Source: Octopus sinensis
Lineage: Eukaryota
Assembly: GCF_006345805.1 (NCBI RefSeq)
Contig: NW_021833273.1
Span: 1 to 64,000 of the forward strand
Direction of reading: 5' to 3'
DNA length: 64,000 nt
The first letter of the stretch is position 1; each line of letters opens with the position of its first letter. Of the stretch, positions 26,107-39,609 are shown one piece after another. A program made the position numbers and the translations under genes. The notes beneath the pieces were generated by a model that saw nothing but the letters and a program-made list of their open reading frames with translations, searched no databases and was not told the DNA's origin.

Positions 26107-26328
26107 TGGGGCAATCGATTGATAAAATCGTTGTATGTCGGAGAAAACGCATTTTCAGTGTATGGTCCGGATCTTTAGTTCTGTGTTCGAATTCGGTGGA
26201 GTCGCCTTAGCCTTTCATCTGTCTTCTGTCGATAAAATAAAGTACCAGTCACGCGCTGATGTCGATATAATCGATTAATGCCCTCCTTTTAAAACTACTG
26301 ACCTTGTTTGTGTCTTAATAAGAAACCA
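25848..26328 (+). mobile_element. Two further head-to-tail SINE family B copies (25848-26034, 26108-26328)
   Basis: Same motif order repeated, separated by (ATC)/(ATT)n. Confidence 0.7.
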
Positions 26329-27328
26329 TTATATCATCATCGTCATCATCACCACCACCACCACTAATATCGTCACCACCACCATCATCATCATCACCAC
26401 TACCTCTATCCTCCTCTTCATCATCATCAGATGTAAACAGATTCATTTTGTCACGAGACTTTATGACAAATCTCTTTTATTCCTCAAAGAATTTGTCAAT
26501 AGTCGATGACAGTTCTAAGAAACCTCGTTATCCATTTTCTCAGTTCCAATGTTTTCCAGTCTCTAGAACTTCTATTTCTGTATATTGTTCTCACTGTTCT
26601 TAAAACGCCAAGAATAACATACACTTTTGCGTCTCAAACCAAACTTTCTCAGTTCTTTAGCCGTATTTTTCATTATTTCTTCTTTCTTCGAAAATTTTCC
26701 CCCCGCAATATAAAAAAAGTAATGATCTTATAGTTCAGGCTATATTCGATCTCTCTACCTCTGTCATTCAATCCTTTTGCACAGAGTAACATCAAACATC
26801 TTACAATAGTCATTTCAATATCACCGTCTGTCTGATGTTGCCATTTTGATGAAAGGGGATCTCTGTCGCTCGACCAGGAGGGTTCAGGTGTTCCATCAAC
26901 TGAATTTGCTGCTCCTAAATTAACATGTAAATGGATGAGTATTCCAAGTCATGATCACTATGACACATTATGTGAGAATGTTGTACCCTTTTGAATTACA
27001 GGTACATTCCACTGGATGGGCTTCAGTACTATTCCCATCTCCCTAATTTCACTCAAAAGGTATGGGACTAGTCGAGGCCGTAGAAAACAGCGTTTGCCCA
27101 AGATGTCCCTGTGCGTTAAATTCATTCACTCTCATAATGTCTTTGGGTGCTTGGCATAAAAGCAAAATACTATTTGTTATAATAGCATTGACTATAATGG
27201 CTGCCCCTTGTGCAAATGTTAAAGAGAATCAACCAGTTTCACTCTCTAGGTCGTCTCCATTTAGTTATGTGAACCTTGTTTGTCACCCTTCCTAGTTCCG
27301 CCTCTGCTCTTCGTTTATTGTTCTATCG

Positions 27329-27439
27329 TTCCAAAAATAAACCGAAACATTTGGAATTTTCTAGAACACTTCTATAAAAACAGATCATTCCAAAAATAAA
27401 CCGAAACATTTGGAATTTTCTAGAACACTTCTATAAAAA
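27329..27439. repeat. Tandem duplication, 59-bp period, two copies
   Basis: TTCCAAAAATAAACCGAAACATTTGGAATTTTCTAGAACACTTCTATAAAAA starts at 27329 and 27388. Confidence 0.9.
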
Positions 27440-28451
27440 TATATTAAGACTACCATTTCTATCACTACAGCCAGACAAACATAAATATATAAAACACAAC
27501 GCAAAACAGTAATAGTTTCATAGAACTAAATATTAGCAGGTATACTTGGAACTACTCATAAAGGCCGAGGGATAGCAGCAAAAGATATAATGTACTCAAA
27601 GGAGTAGGGAAACATCCCTGCAGCACCCTTCTCGAAGAACTTCTGATAAGGACCACATCTGAAGCCCTTGGAATATTATAGAAAAATTTGCACATAATGA
27701 TTCTTCAAAGCAAAACTGTGTTACACTTGGGTTTTTCAGGGGCATTCAAGAGCTTGGGTTGTTAACATAAGGGTGTAGGATATCTAAATGCTTTTGGTCT
27801 TCTAAACGATCTTATATCTTTCTGTGAAGATTTCGTAACCATCCGCGTATTTCTTCTACCTTATAGTATTCATATCATTGGTCTGCATCGAATTGTCTCG
27901 AGTACCTAGATTTGTAGGTCAGTGCTTATGAACGTGAATAACGGCAGAAGCAAAACTTTAATGCCAGCAAAAGTTTGTACCCTAATTGGGGCCGGTCAAC
28001 CAAACTCCGTCAGGCGTCTGAAAACATTCCTGGTATCTACTCATTAGTGTCAGTGAGTAACTGGAGTGAAGCAACTGAGTGAATCTACTCTGAGTATACG
28101 GCGGTCAACCTGAGGTCATAACCAGGAGATTACATTGCCCTTAGTAATTAGGGATCAATGGGATCCTTTAATACTTAAATTAATTCAAATTTTCTTTCAT
28201 CTGTAGCTCCTCGTTGTAAAATGATTCATCTGTTGCTCATGTGGCAATAAACTATCAATATCATTTTTACAAACGGCTTCGGATGTTGGAATCAGCTGAT
28301 CACTTTACGGCGCTTAATAAACCCTTCTTACGTTTTGAATCCTAAAAGTCGAGTTCTACTTTTATTAAATAATGTCGGTAACCCTAAATAATTGTGAAGT
28401 ATAGGGGTGGATTTATGTCACGATAATTAAAAATAGCCTTGTGGCTTCTTC

Positions 28452-28580
28452 TTTCTAATTCCACTGAGGTCAACTTTGCTTTTCACCCTTCCGAGGTCAA
28501 GAAAATAAATACCAGTTAAGTACTGAGATCCTTCTAATATCATCTTCTCGTTCTCCCTCCAATTTCTGACTTTGTGCCAA

Positions 28581-28627
<47 letters not shown>

Positions 28628-28659
28628 AAAACAACAACAACAACAACAACAGCAACAAC

Positions 28660-28693
<34 letters not shown>
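28452..28693 (+). mobile_element. SINE family B 3' half with compound (CTA)(CAA)(TAA) tail
   Basis: TGAGGTCAACTTTGCTTTTCACCCTTCCGAGGTCAAGAAAATAAATACCAG..TTGTGCC. Confidence 0.65.
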
Positions 28694-28697
<4 letters not shown>

Positions 28698-29534
28698 CTC
28701 GTAATGCTAATAAATAATTGATGCAAAGATTTTTCTCAACTAATTAATTCATAGTGTAAATAGTAAACAAATTAGCACAAACAATTCTCCATAATTATCG
28801 CCAACTAACTTCTGGCTTCAGGGGAAGCAAGTAAAAGTTTATTAAAATTTTACTTTTTTTCCTATTAAAAATCGTTTATTAATGAGCCGTGAGTAAATGG
28901 TAATGATTTGAAATTTAAAAAAAACGACTTTAATTTTAACAACGAATTTTGCCCTCCTCACCCACACTTCTACAAACTCCTACACATACATACACACACA
29001 CTCTCACTCTCTCACACACGAATTCAAATAAGAAATAACCAAAATAAATAAAATATATATAACATATTTCTTTGATATCGTAGTTCAATACGAAAGATAA
29101 GCTGGCTGAGTGTATTTTGCTGTAGGTTTTATTGTTGTTGATGTTGCTGTATTTTCTAATTTTGTGTTTCAGTAATTAAGCAATTAATACATATTCTTAA
29201 TTGATTAATAAATGGTTGTAATGACGACATAAATGTACTTTGACTCCGTACTTGAAGTATTGATTTCTTTTTATTATTTATCTTTTTTTTGCTTTAAATA
29301 ATGACTGGAGATTGGGGAGGTGGAATTTAGGAGGTTAAAATAACCCTTGTTTCATTGTTTGGTGGATGTTCTTAATCCTACTAGAAATACGGCACCGTGA
29401 GCACTGTTTTACTTGATTAATTGGCACCTTAATGTCTAATGAAGAAAGAATAATAAAGAATAATAATAATGAAGAAGAAGAAGAAGAAGAAGAAGAAGAA
29501 GAAGAAGAAGAAGAAGAAGAAGAAGAAGAAGAAG

Positions 29535-29573
<39 letters not shown>

Positions 29574-29587
29574 AATAACAATTATTA

Positions 29588-29802
29588 TTTCTAATATAGG
29601 TACAAGGCTTGATAATGGAATGGGGAAGGGGCTAGTACATTACATCGACCCAGTGCACGACTGGTACTTATTTCATCGAACCCGAAAGAATAAAAGGTAA
29701 AGTTGATATTTGATGGCTTTAAGCTCAGAGCGTATAAAGACCCGGAATAAATCCTGCTTAGAATTTTGTCTAAAGCGCTAAGGTTTCTGCCAGCTCGCCG
29801 TT
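29588..29802 (-). mobile_element. SINE family B
   Basis: Minus strand ACGGCGAGCTGGCAGAAACCTTAGC..CCTTTTATTCTTTCGGGTTCGATGAAATAAGTACCAG. Confidence 0.7.
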
Positions 29803-29804
29803 CT

Positions 29805-29848
<44 letters not shown>

Positions 29849-29874
29849 TAATATTAATAATAATAATAATAATA

Positions 29875-29906
<32 letters not shown>

Positions 29907-29955
29907 TAATAATAATAATAATAATAATGATGATGATAATAACAATAATAATAAT

Positions 29956-30386
29956 CTGGGATTTCCCAATCCAAACAGATCAGGTGCTAGAGCACAACAG
30001 ACCCGACCCAGTGGTGGTGGACAAGGTGCACAACATATGCTATATAGTTGATGTTGCATGACCCTTCGACCCACGAGTAGTCAAGAAGGAAGGCGAAAAA
30101 ATAAGTAGATACAACCCTCTTAAGTATGAAATAACCCGGTTATGGAAAATGAAGAAAGTTGAAGATAGTGCCAATTATTATTGGATCCTTAGGAACAGTA
30201 TCAGAAGGCATCAAGAGGAATATACAGGAAATTGGAATAGAGTGCTCAGTAGAACTGTTAGTAAAAGTTTGCCTCGTTGACACGGCCAGAATAATCAGGA
30301 AAGTATCATGGTTCCGTAGGCTGAAGATAGTAAGCCCGCTACACATGCAAGTCTCCAGGAGCTCCAACAAAACCTGTGATAGAGAG
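29956..30386 (+). mobile_element. Dong/R4-type RLE retrotransposon 3' fragment inserted in (TAA)n
   Basis: WDFPIQTDQVLEHNRPD.VVVDK..CYIVDVA*PFD..KIVPIIIGSLG..TARIIRKV; (TAA)n directly on both sides. Confidence 0.85.
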
Positions 30387-30463
<77 letters not shown>

Positions 30464-30467
30464 TAAT

Positions 30468-32433
30468 TCGTTTATTGGCCACAAGGGCTAACAAAAATCA
30501 ATTATAATATGTAGGGACAAATACAGGACAAAAGTTACAAAGGGTTTTGTCCGTTTCCAAAAAGTCCGTGTACAAAAGCAGGATAACAACGAAAATATAA
30601 CAAGTAAAAACTCCCAATATGGGGAGGCGCTTCGAAAGGTTACTCGTGGAAAAACCCATAAAAGCCACGGGAGCCTGGTCAAAAGGGGTGGGGTAGAGAG
30701 CCCCTTTCTCCTTGTATATTACCTTTTCATATCATAGGTATATCTTCAGAATTGGTCCGTTCATACTGGCCATTCTTGCGTCATTCACCCAACTTTCAAT
30801 AAACTTGCTACCAGACAGCACTTCCCTCTCTACTCTCATCTTCCCTTTCAAGTGAAACTTGAAAAAGTTGATGAGGCCTTGGCCAAAGAAGAAAGTGTCT
30901 GACCTTAGTCCTTTCAAACGGGTCCACCATACCACATCTTTCGCTACAGCCATTAGGCAAAGGAAAGCTACCTTTCCCTCCCGGTTAAAGGAGGTCGGCG
31001 GGGCAATCTTCACTATGGATTCAACTGATAGCCAGATCCGTCCTATACGCGACAGTAGCTGTTCGACATAAACCCATAGTTCAGCAATACTCGGGCACTG
31101 GACGAGTGCGTGCAAAACGGTTTTGTCGTCCTGGGTGCACCTCGGGCAGGCCCGGCTGACGGCACTTCCGTGCCGGTAGAGTTTATCCCGAACAGGCAAA
31201 GTCCCTCGGTAGCATTGCTAGGCGAGGGACCTTTGGAAATTATCCATTGGCCCCGGCCCGAAAGTTCTTCCGAACAGACTGCTTAGCTCGTTATCGTCAA
31301 CGCCTAGAGTTTCACTGAGAACGTCGTCGCACTTTTCATAGAACGCTAGAGTGGAACTACTACCGATCGCATTGCCCGCTTGGTGGAGGGCGGAGAGAGC
31401 TTGACGGCCCTTTCTCGGTCTGCATTTGATCCAGGATTGCAGCTCTGTCAAAGAGACGAGCTGTGGAAAGTCGCGTCTGACAAAAGACGACCACACCTGT
31501 TCACCGTCTAGGAAACGCTTGAGATGCCGTGGCCTGAGCGCATGTCTGCGAATCAGTAACCACGGCATGTCAAGGCCTCCGTTCAGCAGCCGTTGACAGC
31601 AGATGGAGCGCCTGACCAGTGGTACCTGACCCTTCCACAAAAAGTCGAAGAGCAAGCGCACCAGCTTGGCCAACCAGAGATTGGAACAAGGGACGACGGT
31701 CAATCGGTAATAGATGACGGATGCGATGTACGCATTCGCCACCTCCGTTCGACCTTTCAGGGACAGCTTCCTCTCGGCCCATTTCTGGGTGAGATTGGCC
31801 ACTCTGTTCGTCACCTCTTCCCAACATTTATCCACCTGGAGGTCTGGACCGAACCAGACCCCGAGCAGTTTAACGGGTCCGTCTGTCCAGCGCCCTACGA
31901 CACTGTTGGACGGCATGGACTTGCCTCTCCATGTGCCCAGTTGCAACCCCACGGACTTTTCCGCGCTAATCTTTGCACCTGTCACCGCTTCGTACTCATT
32001 TAGTGTCTAGCCAATCTGGTCAATGTGCCTGTGGCTCGACACCATCACGGTGATGTCGTCGGCATAGGCAGACACGTTGTTTCCACCTCCTAGATCGCGC
32101 GGGATACCCCTCAAAACCTCCAACTTGCGCAGTAATGGCTCGAGAGTCAATACGTACAAGAGGGAGGAGAGAGGGCATCCTTGGCGAACCGAACGCGAGA
32201 TGTCAAACGGCTCCGAAAGGTGACCGTTCACCCGTATCACCGAGCAGATGTTGCAGTACAAAGCAGCGATCCACCCGCGGAAGACTGGACCGAAACCGGC
32301 TGCCTTGAGAACAGCTGCCAGGTATCGATGGTCAACCCTATCGAAGGCTTTACTCTGATCTAAATTGATCAAAGCCCCACCCGCGCCAGTGTCGTTATCC
32401 ACCCTTTATGATGTAGCGCATGAGATGGAGATT
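30468..32433 (-). mobile_element. 5'-truncated Tx1/L1-clade LINE (RT, zf-RVT, 3' UTR)
   Basis: LDQSKAFDRVDH, SVRQGCPLS, SAYADD, KLLGVWF, KLSLKGR, CPRC..TVLHALVQC; 3' end GCCCTTGTGGCCAATAAA followed by (ATT)n. Confidence 0.92.
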
Positions 32434-32789
32434 ATAATAGTAATAATAATTTCTTTTATTATTTCTACATTAGTAATAATATTAGTACATTTTATTAAAC
32501 ATCGGGGAAGAGATGAGAGGGGACATCAGAAGGACAGATAAAAGTTTGTGTGGGGATTTACGTAACGGATGGAGAAGAAAAGAATGGAAAAGACGGTGAA
32601 ATACGATAAAAGTATACGTAGTATACTTATGTGCCCCTCAAAAGTTCTAGCTTCTGCAGCAAAGATTCGAATGTCAGAACGTATAAAGATGAGAAAAGAC
32701 ACTCCTGACCGACGGCACACGAAATAGAAAACTGTTCTGAGAGGTTACCGTTTACTTATACCACCGAGTAAGCGTCAGTGTGCATTGCT

Positions 32790-33478
32790 GCAATCCAGCT
32801 TTTGGAAACGAGGTCGAAACCGTCTGCTTTTAGGACAGCTGCCAACTAGCGATGGCCGAGACTATCGAAAACTTTTAACTAATCCTAATTGGTCAGAGCC
32901 CCACCGATTTCAGATTTTCTACGCACTCCGTCTATGATGCAACGCAAGTGGAGGAGGTTGCCGCAGGCAGATCTATTGAGGATCGCACACATTGGAGCTT
33001 CTCCGACCAAACCACGCCCTCACTCTGCTCTTCATGTCGCTATTCGACAGCATGGCCCTTCCTCTCCAGCTGCTCAGTTACAGGCCATTGACTTCTCCTG
33101 GCTAATTTTTGCTCCTGTTATAGTCTTGTAGTTCCTCAGAGTAGCTCGATCACCTCGATGTGTTTTGTGTTCGATACTATTGTAGTGGTGTCGTCCGCAT
33201 ATGCAAACAGATTTTTGCACATTCTAGTTCACGCGGGGTGCTCCTCGAAACCTCTGTGGTAGTGGCTCTGGAGTCAGTACGTACAGAAGTGGTGAGAGGT
33301 GACATCCTTGACGGACTGGACGTATGACACTAAACGGTTCCGACAAGTGGTCATTTACTGTGACTACCGAGCAAATGTCACTGTACATGGCAGCAATCTA
33401 GCTTCTAAAGAAGTCCCGAAACAAACAGCCTTGAGGAAAGCTGTCAAGTATTGATGGTCAACCCTATCAAACGCAAAA
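32790..33478 (-). mobile_element. Two older Tx1 RT fragments (32790-32910, 33040-33478)
   Basis: Nucleotide similarity to 31900-32380; AFDRVDH, VRPVRQGCHLSPLLYVL and AYADD remnants. Confidence 0.7.
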
Positions 33479-34429
33479 GCTTAGGTAGAAGAACTATACA
33501 GTTGCTCGCAATCCACAACGCACACCATCCTAAAAGTAGACTCTACTCATCAACAAAAGAAGGATGCAGAGGATTACTATATGCAGAAGACACCCTTACT
33601 GGGGTTGAAAACTTATGTCGTGCTGGGTAAAGAAAGAATATTATCGGCAGCTAGAGATACCCCAAAATTTGCTTCTCCATCTGCTTATTCTATTGAATTC
33701 AATAGAATAAGCAGATGGAAAAGAATGGAATTGCATAGCCAATTTATGCAACAAACCGAGGATCTTGGAAGAACCCTGAATGTGGCTGACAGGTGAAATC
33801 ATAAAGAGGCTGAATCGCTGATTTGATCAGGAATAAGTTATTAGACGGATTTGTTAAAGTCAAGGAGTGACAATATTTAATGACAGAGCAAATACAAAAG
33901 GTCTGGAAAAGAGGACGAAAGTATTAACCATTCTCTGAATTTAGTAGGCTATAAGTGCCAGTATGACTGTGTGAGTAAAGGAGTTGCATTGTGATGTTTG
34001 TGGATTCGAAGTGAGAGAAAAGATAGTATGAATACGAGTCAGGCTGTAATGGCGAATTATAATTAGCGTTAAAATGTAACATTGTACACTTCATCGGAAC
34101 AGAACTCTATAAAGAGGGTCTGAAACAGAGTTAACAGGAAGACATTGCAGATACTAAAAGTTAAGGAGGGAAGTTTTAAAATGATTATTAAACTGTTGCA
34201 TAATTTCACTGATAGTGATACCATTACTAACAATATCATTATTACATTTCCTTGTACTTATTGTCATGTTTATTCATGAATATGTTTATTAAGATGCAAC
34301 TACTGTCGACATTGTTTAAATTATCTTTATTTTTTAATATTTCCAAATTCTTTGGGAGAGGGAGTGTCCTTTCTTTCACCCTTCTCCATATGAAGACTTT
34401 CTACTACCATTACTGATGATTCCTGCTCA

Positions 34430-34666
34430 GCCTGCTCCTCTTGATCCAGGTCCTGCTCCTGTTCCTCTTCTCCTACTCCTCCTCCTCCTGCTGCTGTTCC
34501 TCCTGCTGTTCCTCCTCCTGCTCCTCCTGCTCCTCCTGCTCCCCTGCTTCCTCTACTCCTCCTCCTCCTCCTGCTCCTGCTCCTGCTCCTGCTCCTCCTC
34601 CTGCTCCTGCTCCTCCTGCTCCTCCTCCTCCTCCTCCTGCTCCTCCTGCTCCTCCTCCTCCTCCTC

Positions 34667-34742
<76 letters not shown>

Positions 34743-34747
34743 TACTG
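34430..34747. repeat. Compound (CCT/GCT)n-(CTA)n microsatellite
   Basis: Direct reading. Confidence 0.9.
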
Positions 34748-36469
34748 TAGATGTCATCATGTTTACAAAGAATATTTTTTGAAAATGTCTCTAAGCAGCA
34801 GAAATAGACCAAGGTTGAACTACAAATAATTCTTACGTCACAAAAAAGGGAAGTCAATTACATTTTAAAATGCCTCCAACTTACTTCAAACAATTTGCAC
34901 AAAAAGCAATAATTAAAAAAAACATGTGAGGGAAAGTAATTCAACGTTTGTGGCTATAAAACCTGGCTGATCATATAAAGAAGGGGAGCCTCACATAGAG
35001 AGAAAGATTGGGTTGAATGTATATAGAGTTAGGTGGATAGCAGAAATATTCAAAAAAGCTCCACTCCTCAATGTGATCATCTATTAAAATATTGATCAAT
35101 TCCTGAACGTTGCAAACGAAGAAAGTCGTTCTATTCTGTTACCAAATCTACTTAGTAACAGATTAAATAAGAAAGAAACTTATAAAATTTGCCGACGAAA
35201 ATGAAAAAACCAAAAAAAAAACCAAAAAAAAAACCAGATAAAACATTGTTGCAAACAGGCGAACAAACATTAAACGAGAAATAATTAGAAAGAACAGACA
35301 GACGGAAGTAGAATGGCTGACGTTAAAGACGACACTCGAGGACAGAAAAAAAACCCTCAAATGCACAGAGAATAGTAAACAAGCTAACAGCTGATACACG
35401 AAAGATCATATCAGCCGATACTTACCCACCAGAAAACTTTACAATCAAATGCTGAAGGTAAAATACAGGAAAAAAAAAGCGAAACAAAACGAGACAAAGA
35501 ATAACTGCAGACATAGTGTTGTCTCAAGTAAAATCAACATCAGATTTGTTGCGAAAATAGCAATAAAATATAATCTACATAAACTAGCTTTTCAGATTAC
35601 ACCTAAATGAAAATATAGGGATCACAGCTAACCCAGATATATGAAAGTACACTGGCACGAAAATCAGAAGCCACAAACATATTATTAACAAATGAAGCTC
35701 TTAAACCACTGATAAAAGGTACAAATAATGGTCTAGAATGTGGAACACAAATCATAGCTGCTGTCTTTCAAGGTCTCATTCAAGAATTTATAAATGTTTA
35801 GAAAATAGAGAAACAAAAATTCTATATTGAAAATTAGAATAAAGGAATCGCCATGATGCACAACAAATGCTCACTTGTATAAACATGTGATTAAGAGATA
35901 CGACATAATGCCTGTCCTCAAATAAAAATAGCCCCGAAATAAAGAACTCTACAAGAAACAGTTATAAACATTAGTGCAGAATCTGTAGAGGTTTGAGAAA
36001 CAAGAGAAATCGTGTACATGAAATAAATTACAGAAATGTATTTATAGTGAATGAAAAAGAACATTATTGATTTAAATCAAAAGAAATAATTACGCCCCCG
36101 CCCAAACTTGCATAAAACTATAGGTGAAAAAGGAAATTAGAGGTTGAAGTAGGAAAAGAGGAAAAACTTTAACCAGCAGTTGGATTCATCACTGACAGAA
36201 AAAAATATTGAAGGGAAGTTCTCAATAATCTCTGACACTAAGAAATTTAATTTCTGAAGTCAGTAAACATATAACTTCGTTAACTTCTGATGAAACTACA
36301 ATTCATTAAGGCTTCTCAACATTAAAATGAAGCACTTCACAATAATGGCTTCTCGTATAAAATTCGATATATTACTGGTTTTCATGTTCCAAAGCTTAAA
36401 AATGCACCGAGAAATATATTGCGGTATAATCCAGATATTCAGTTTAAATGTAGGAATAACTTTTATTCT

Positions 36470-36812
36470 TTTATTCTTTTATTTGGTTCAGTCATTTGAC
36501 TGCGGCCATTCTGGAGCACCGCCTTTAGTCGAGCAAATCGACCCAGGACTTATTCTTTGTAAGCCTAGTACTTATTCTATCGGTCTCTTTTGCCGAAACG
36601 CTAAGTTACGGGGACGTAAACACACCAGCATGGGTTGTCAAGCGATGTGGGGACAAATACACTTACAGACACACATATACGACGGGCTTCTTTCAGTTTC
36701 CATCTACCAAATCCACTCACAAGGCTTTGGTCGGCCCAAGGCTTTAGTAGAAGACACTTACCCAAGGTCTCACGCAATGGGACTGAACCCAGAACTATGT
36801 GAACTGCGCCTA
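36470..36812 (-). mobile_element. SINE family A
   Basis: Reverse complement matches 57732-58103, including GGCGGTGCTCCAG..CAGTCAAATGACTG tail. Confidence 0.85.
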
Positions 36813-37352
36813 TGAAAAATTAATTCCTCCATTTAATTTTTTTTTACTTTCCGATACATTACTGATGTGATAAAATCTTTAACAGAAACTGAATTTAAAT
36901 TAGTTATTCTAGTAAATAAAAAAAAGACTGAATGAATAAGTTCTTGAAGACGCATCTTGTAATTATTTATCACCTCAAATATAACCACACATAGAAGAAA
37001 CATGCCCCATGACGAATTACCGCAACACACAAACATACGAACAGCACATATACCCAGAATATAATATAATGCAAACAATCTTACCTTCCAACATGACTGC
37101 TTTCTGAAAAGTCAAATCCCAGGGCGATACCCATACAATATTAATTAAACGATACTGGAAATTCCACATGCATATATGTACTAGTATTTATCGTTGGTAC
37201 TTCTTTGATTTTAGTACCTTACACGTTTGAAATTCCAGTTGTGGCTATAGATGTTTTCATCTTTTCGATATAGAAAAATTTTAACAATGCAAAGAAAATG
37301 GAGGATACAGCCACAAAATAATCAAAATATTTATTATAATAGTCAATTCATG

Positions 37353-37447
37353 TTACCTACGCACGTTTCGGTTTGTTACTTAGATCCATATTTATGCAAT
37401 TAAATTGCATTAGGATTTTGAAAAAGCGAAAACCTTCATCAGGGCAA
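37353..37447 (-). ncRNA. Type I hammerhead ribozyme in inverted pLTR copy
   Basis: TTGCC-CTGATGA-A-GGTTT[~55 nt]AAACC-GAAA-CGTGC-GTA-GGTAA; intact core. Confidence 0.75.
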
Positions 37448-39514
37448 AAATTGACTGCTATCAAGGTAAAAGTTGACTGTTATTTATCTTTTTCACACAT
37501 TCATCAGGATGTGTGAAATAAGAACTTATATGAAACTATTCTACAAAGCGGCCTCTAAACATTTTTCTGGAAAAAATAAATACCATAAAGTTATAAACTC
37601 GCACGAATTAAGAGCTGGTTTTTGTTTTTCACGAAACATAGCACAAATTATAGCTACGCAAAATACTAAAAGATTAAATGATTACTATAATAATAAAGGT
37701 AGGCAGAAGATGAAGGAATTATTTAATGACCAAAATGAAGAATTTAATGATAGTATGAGATACACAAGAAACAAAGGAAGGGAAGTAACTCTTCGAGACT
37801 CCCCACTAGAATCCAAAAATATAAGCATATAATCTAAAAAGGGAAGAAATAATAAGCCTAATATAAGAAAAACAATAATAAAAGCACAAACACTAATAAT
37901 AAAAATATAAATGCTAGAATTTATAGTAGTATCAATGACGGTGAAAGAGAAACCGATATAAACATTAAGATAGATAAGGAAAGCAATGACAAAGTGGACA
38001 GATTAATAGTTTAGACTCCTAACATAGTAAATAAATATAGCGAGAGTAACTCGGAAGATATAGTATAGAAGTGCAGTATATTCGGTAAGGAAACAAGGAA
38101 TGCCCTTAAAAATAAAACCTGTGATTGTTCTAAGGAAGTTCGATGACCATTAAGAAATTTTTGTAGAGAAAAGGGTGTTATATATATGTATAAGGTAACA
38201 TCGGAAGGACAGGAATACTACTATATAGGTTCTACAGAAAATTATATAAAAGGGATAGCGAACAATGAAAACACCTTCAGGGATAGGAGAAAAGGAGCAA
38301 GCACTAGTCTTAGTAAACTAATTCGGGCGATTAAGGATAAAATAGGGAATATACACTTAGGTGGGAAATAATTACCCTAGCAAAGTCCTATAGCATTGGG
38401 AACGAAAGGTGTGAACTCTGAATGGAGAAAATTTATCAAATTCTTACATAAATAAACACAAATTATTAAACAACAAGAGGGAAAGAGGTTTTTGTTGTGT
38501 GCATAGGGTTAAATATACATTTAATAAATTAAATAAATTAAAATGAATATTACTAAGTAAAACCGTATGAATAATACAGTTATAGATAGGAATAATTCTT
38601 AAAATCAAATATACTTTCGCTGAATTTAAATAGTTTTAGTTAAGAATTAAACACCATGTACATGATACTTAAGAATCGTGCTGCTACACTATTAATTAGA
38701 TAGATGAATAATGTAGGAATGCAAACTGTCAATTAATATATCTAAATAAATTATACTAATAATAAGGGGGGAAGGGGACTTTTTGTCTTCATAAAGTTAG
38801 AAATATATATCTATTGAATTTAAATGAATTTAATTAAAATAAACACTTCTTTGAATAATACAATAATACCTATTCTCTTAAAGATAAATATACCTTCTTT
38901 GTATTTAAATGATTTTAGGTGAAAATATACACTGTTTATATGATAAATAAAAATTATACTTCTATACCATTAATTAAATAGACAATCATAAGTAAAAACT
39001 CAAACTACTAGCTTATATAACTAAATAAATAATTATATTAATAATAATTAATATACCTTCTTACAATAAGAATAAGCAAAAAAAAAAAAGTAAAATGTAA
39101 CAAATACGTACATACCTAGATTTTTTAAAGGTAGCAAATAAGTAAATACCAAGACTTCATAACCAATAAGTAAAGACATATAAATATGTATTGTGAACAT
39201 GATAGATAGTACAATTGGTAAAGACAGGTTTATAAAACTATATAGTTAATGTGTAATCTGCTTACAGACATACCGAATAAAGATAAATGGCCAGCTTGTA
39301 AAAAGCTGTTTTGCACCACTAAAAAGGGTGAATAATAACATGACCTAGTTCTTCTGAACTATGCCTATCTCTTGTCCAGTGAGATTAAAAAATCAACTTC
39401 TTGCTATTTTTAGAACAGAATCCAAGACTACAATACAATTGGACTAAGCTCTCCATCCGACAAGATGAGGGGAAAAAAATAAAAGTCAATATTTACCTTC
39501 ATAGCAGTCAGTTA

Positions 39515-39609
39515 TTGCCCTGATGAAGGTTTTTGCTTTTTCTTATTCATTATGCAATTTAATTGTATAAATATGGATTTAAGTAATAAACCGAAACGTG
39601 CGTAGGCAA
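39515..39609 (+). ncRNA. Type I hammerhead ribozyme in 3' pLTR; predicted cleavage after 39604
   Basis: TTGCC-CTGATGA-A-GGTTT[55 nt]AAACC-GAAA-CGTGC-GTA-GGCAA; perfect 5-bp stems I and II, canonical core, GUA triplet. Confidence 0.8.

Noticed and set aside
34327-34857. Ser/Arg/Gly- or Pro-rich ORFs
   Set aside because: They are open in several frames only because of the compound trinucleotide repeat
35400-36320. A-rich, coding-like decayed segment
   Set aside because: Too degraded to assign; the same applies to 26500-26870 and 33530-34100, which only faintly resemble Dong/R4
38545-39480. SECIS candidates (ATGA...AA...GA) downstream of the PLE ORF
   Set aside because: None formed a convincing helix II by eye in this AT-rich sequence; a SECISearch run on a consensus is needed
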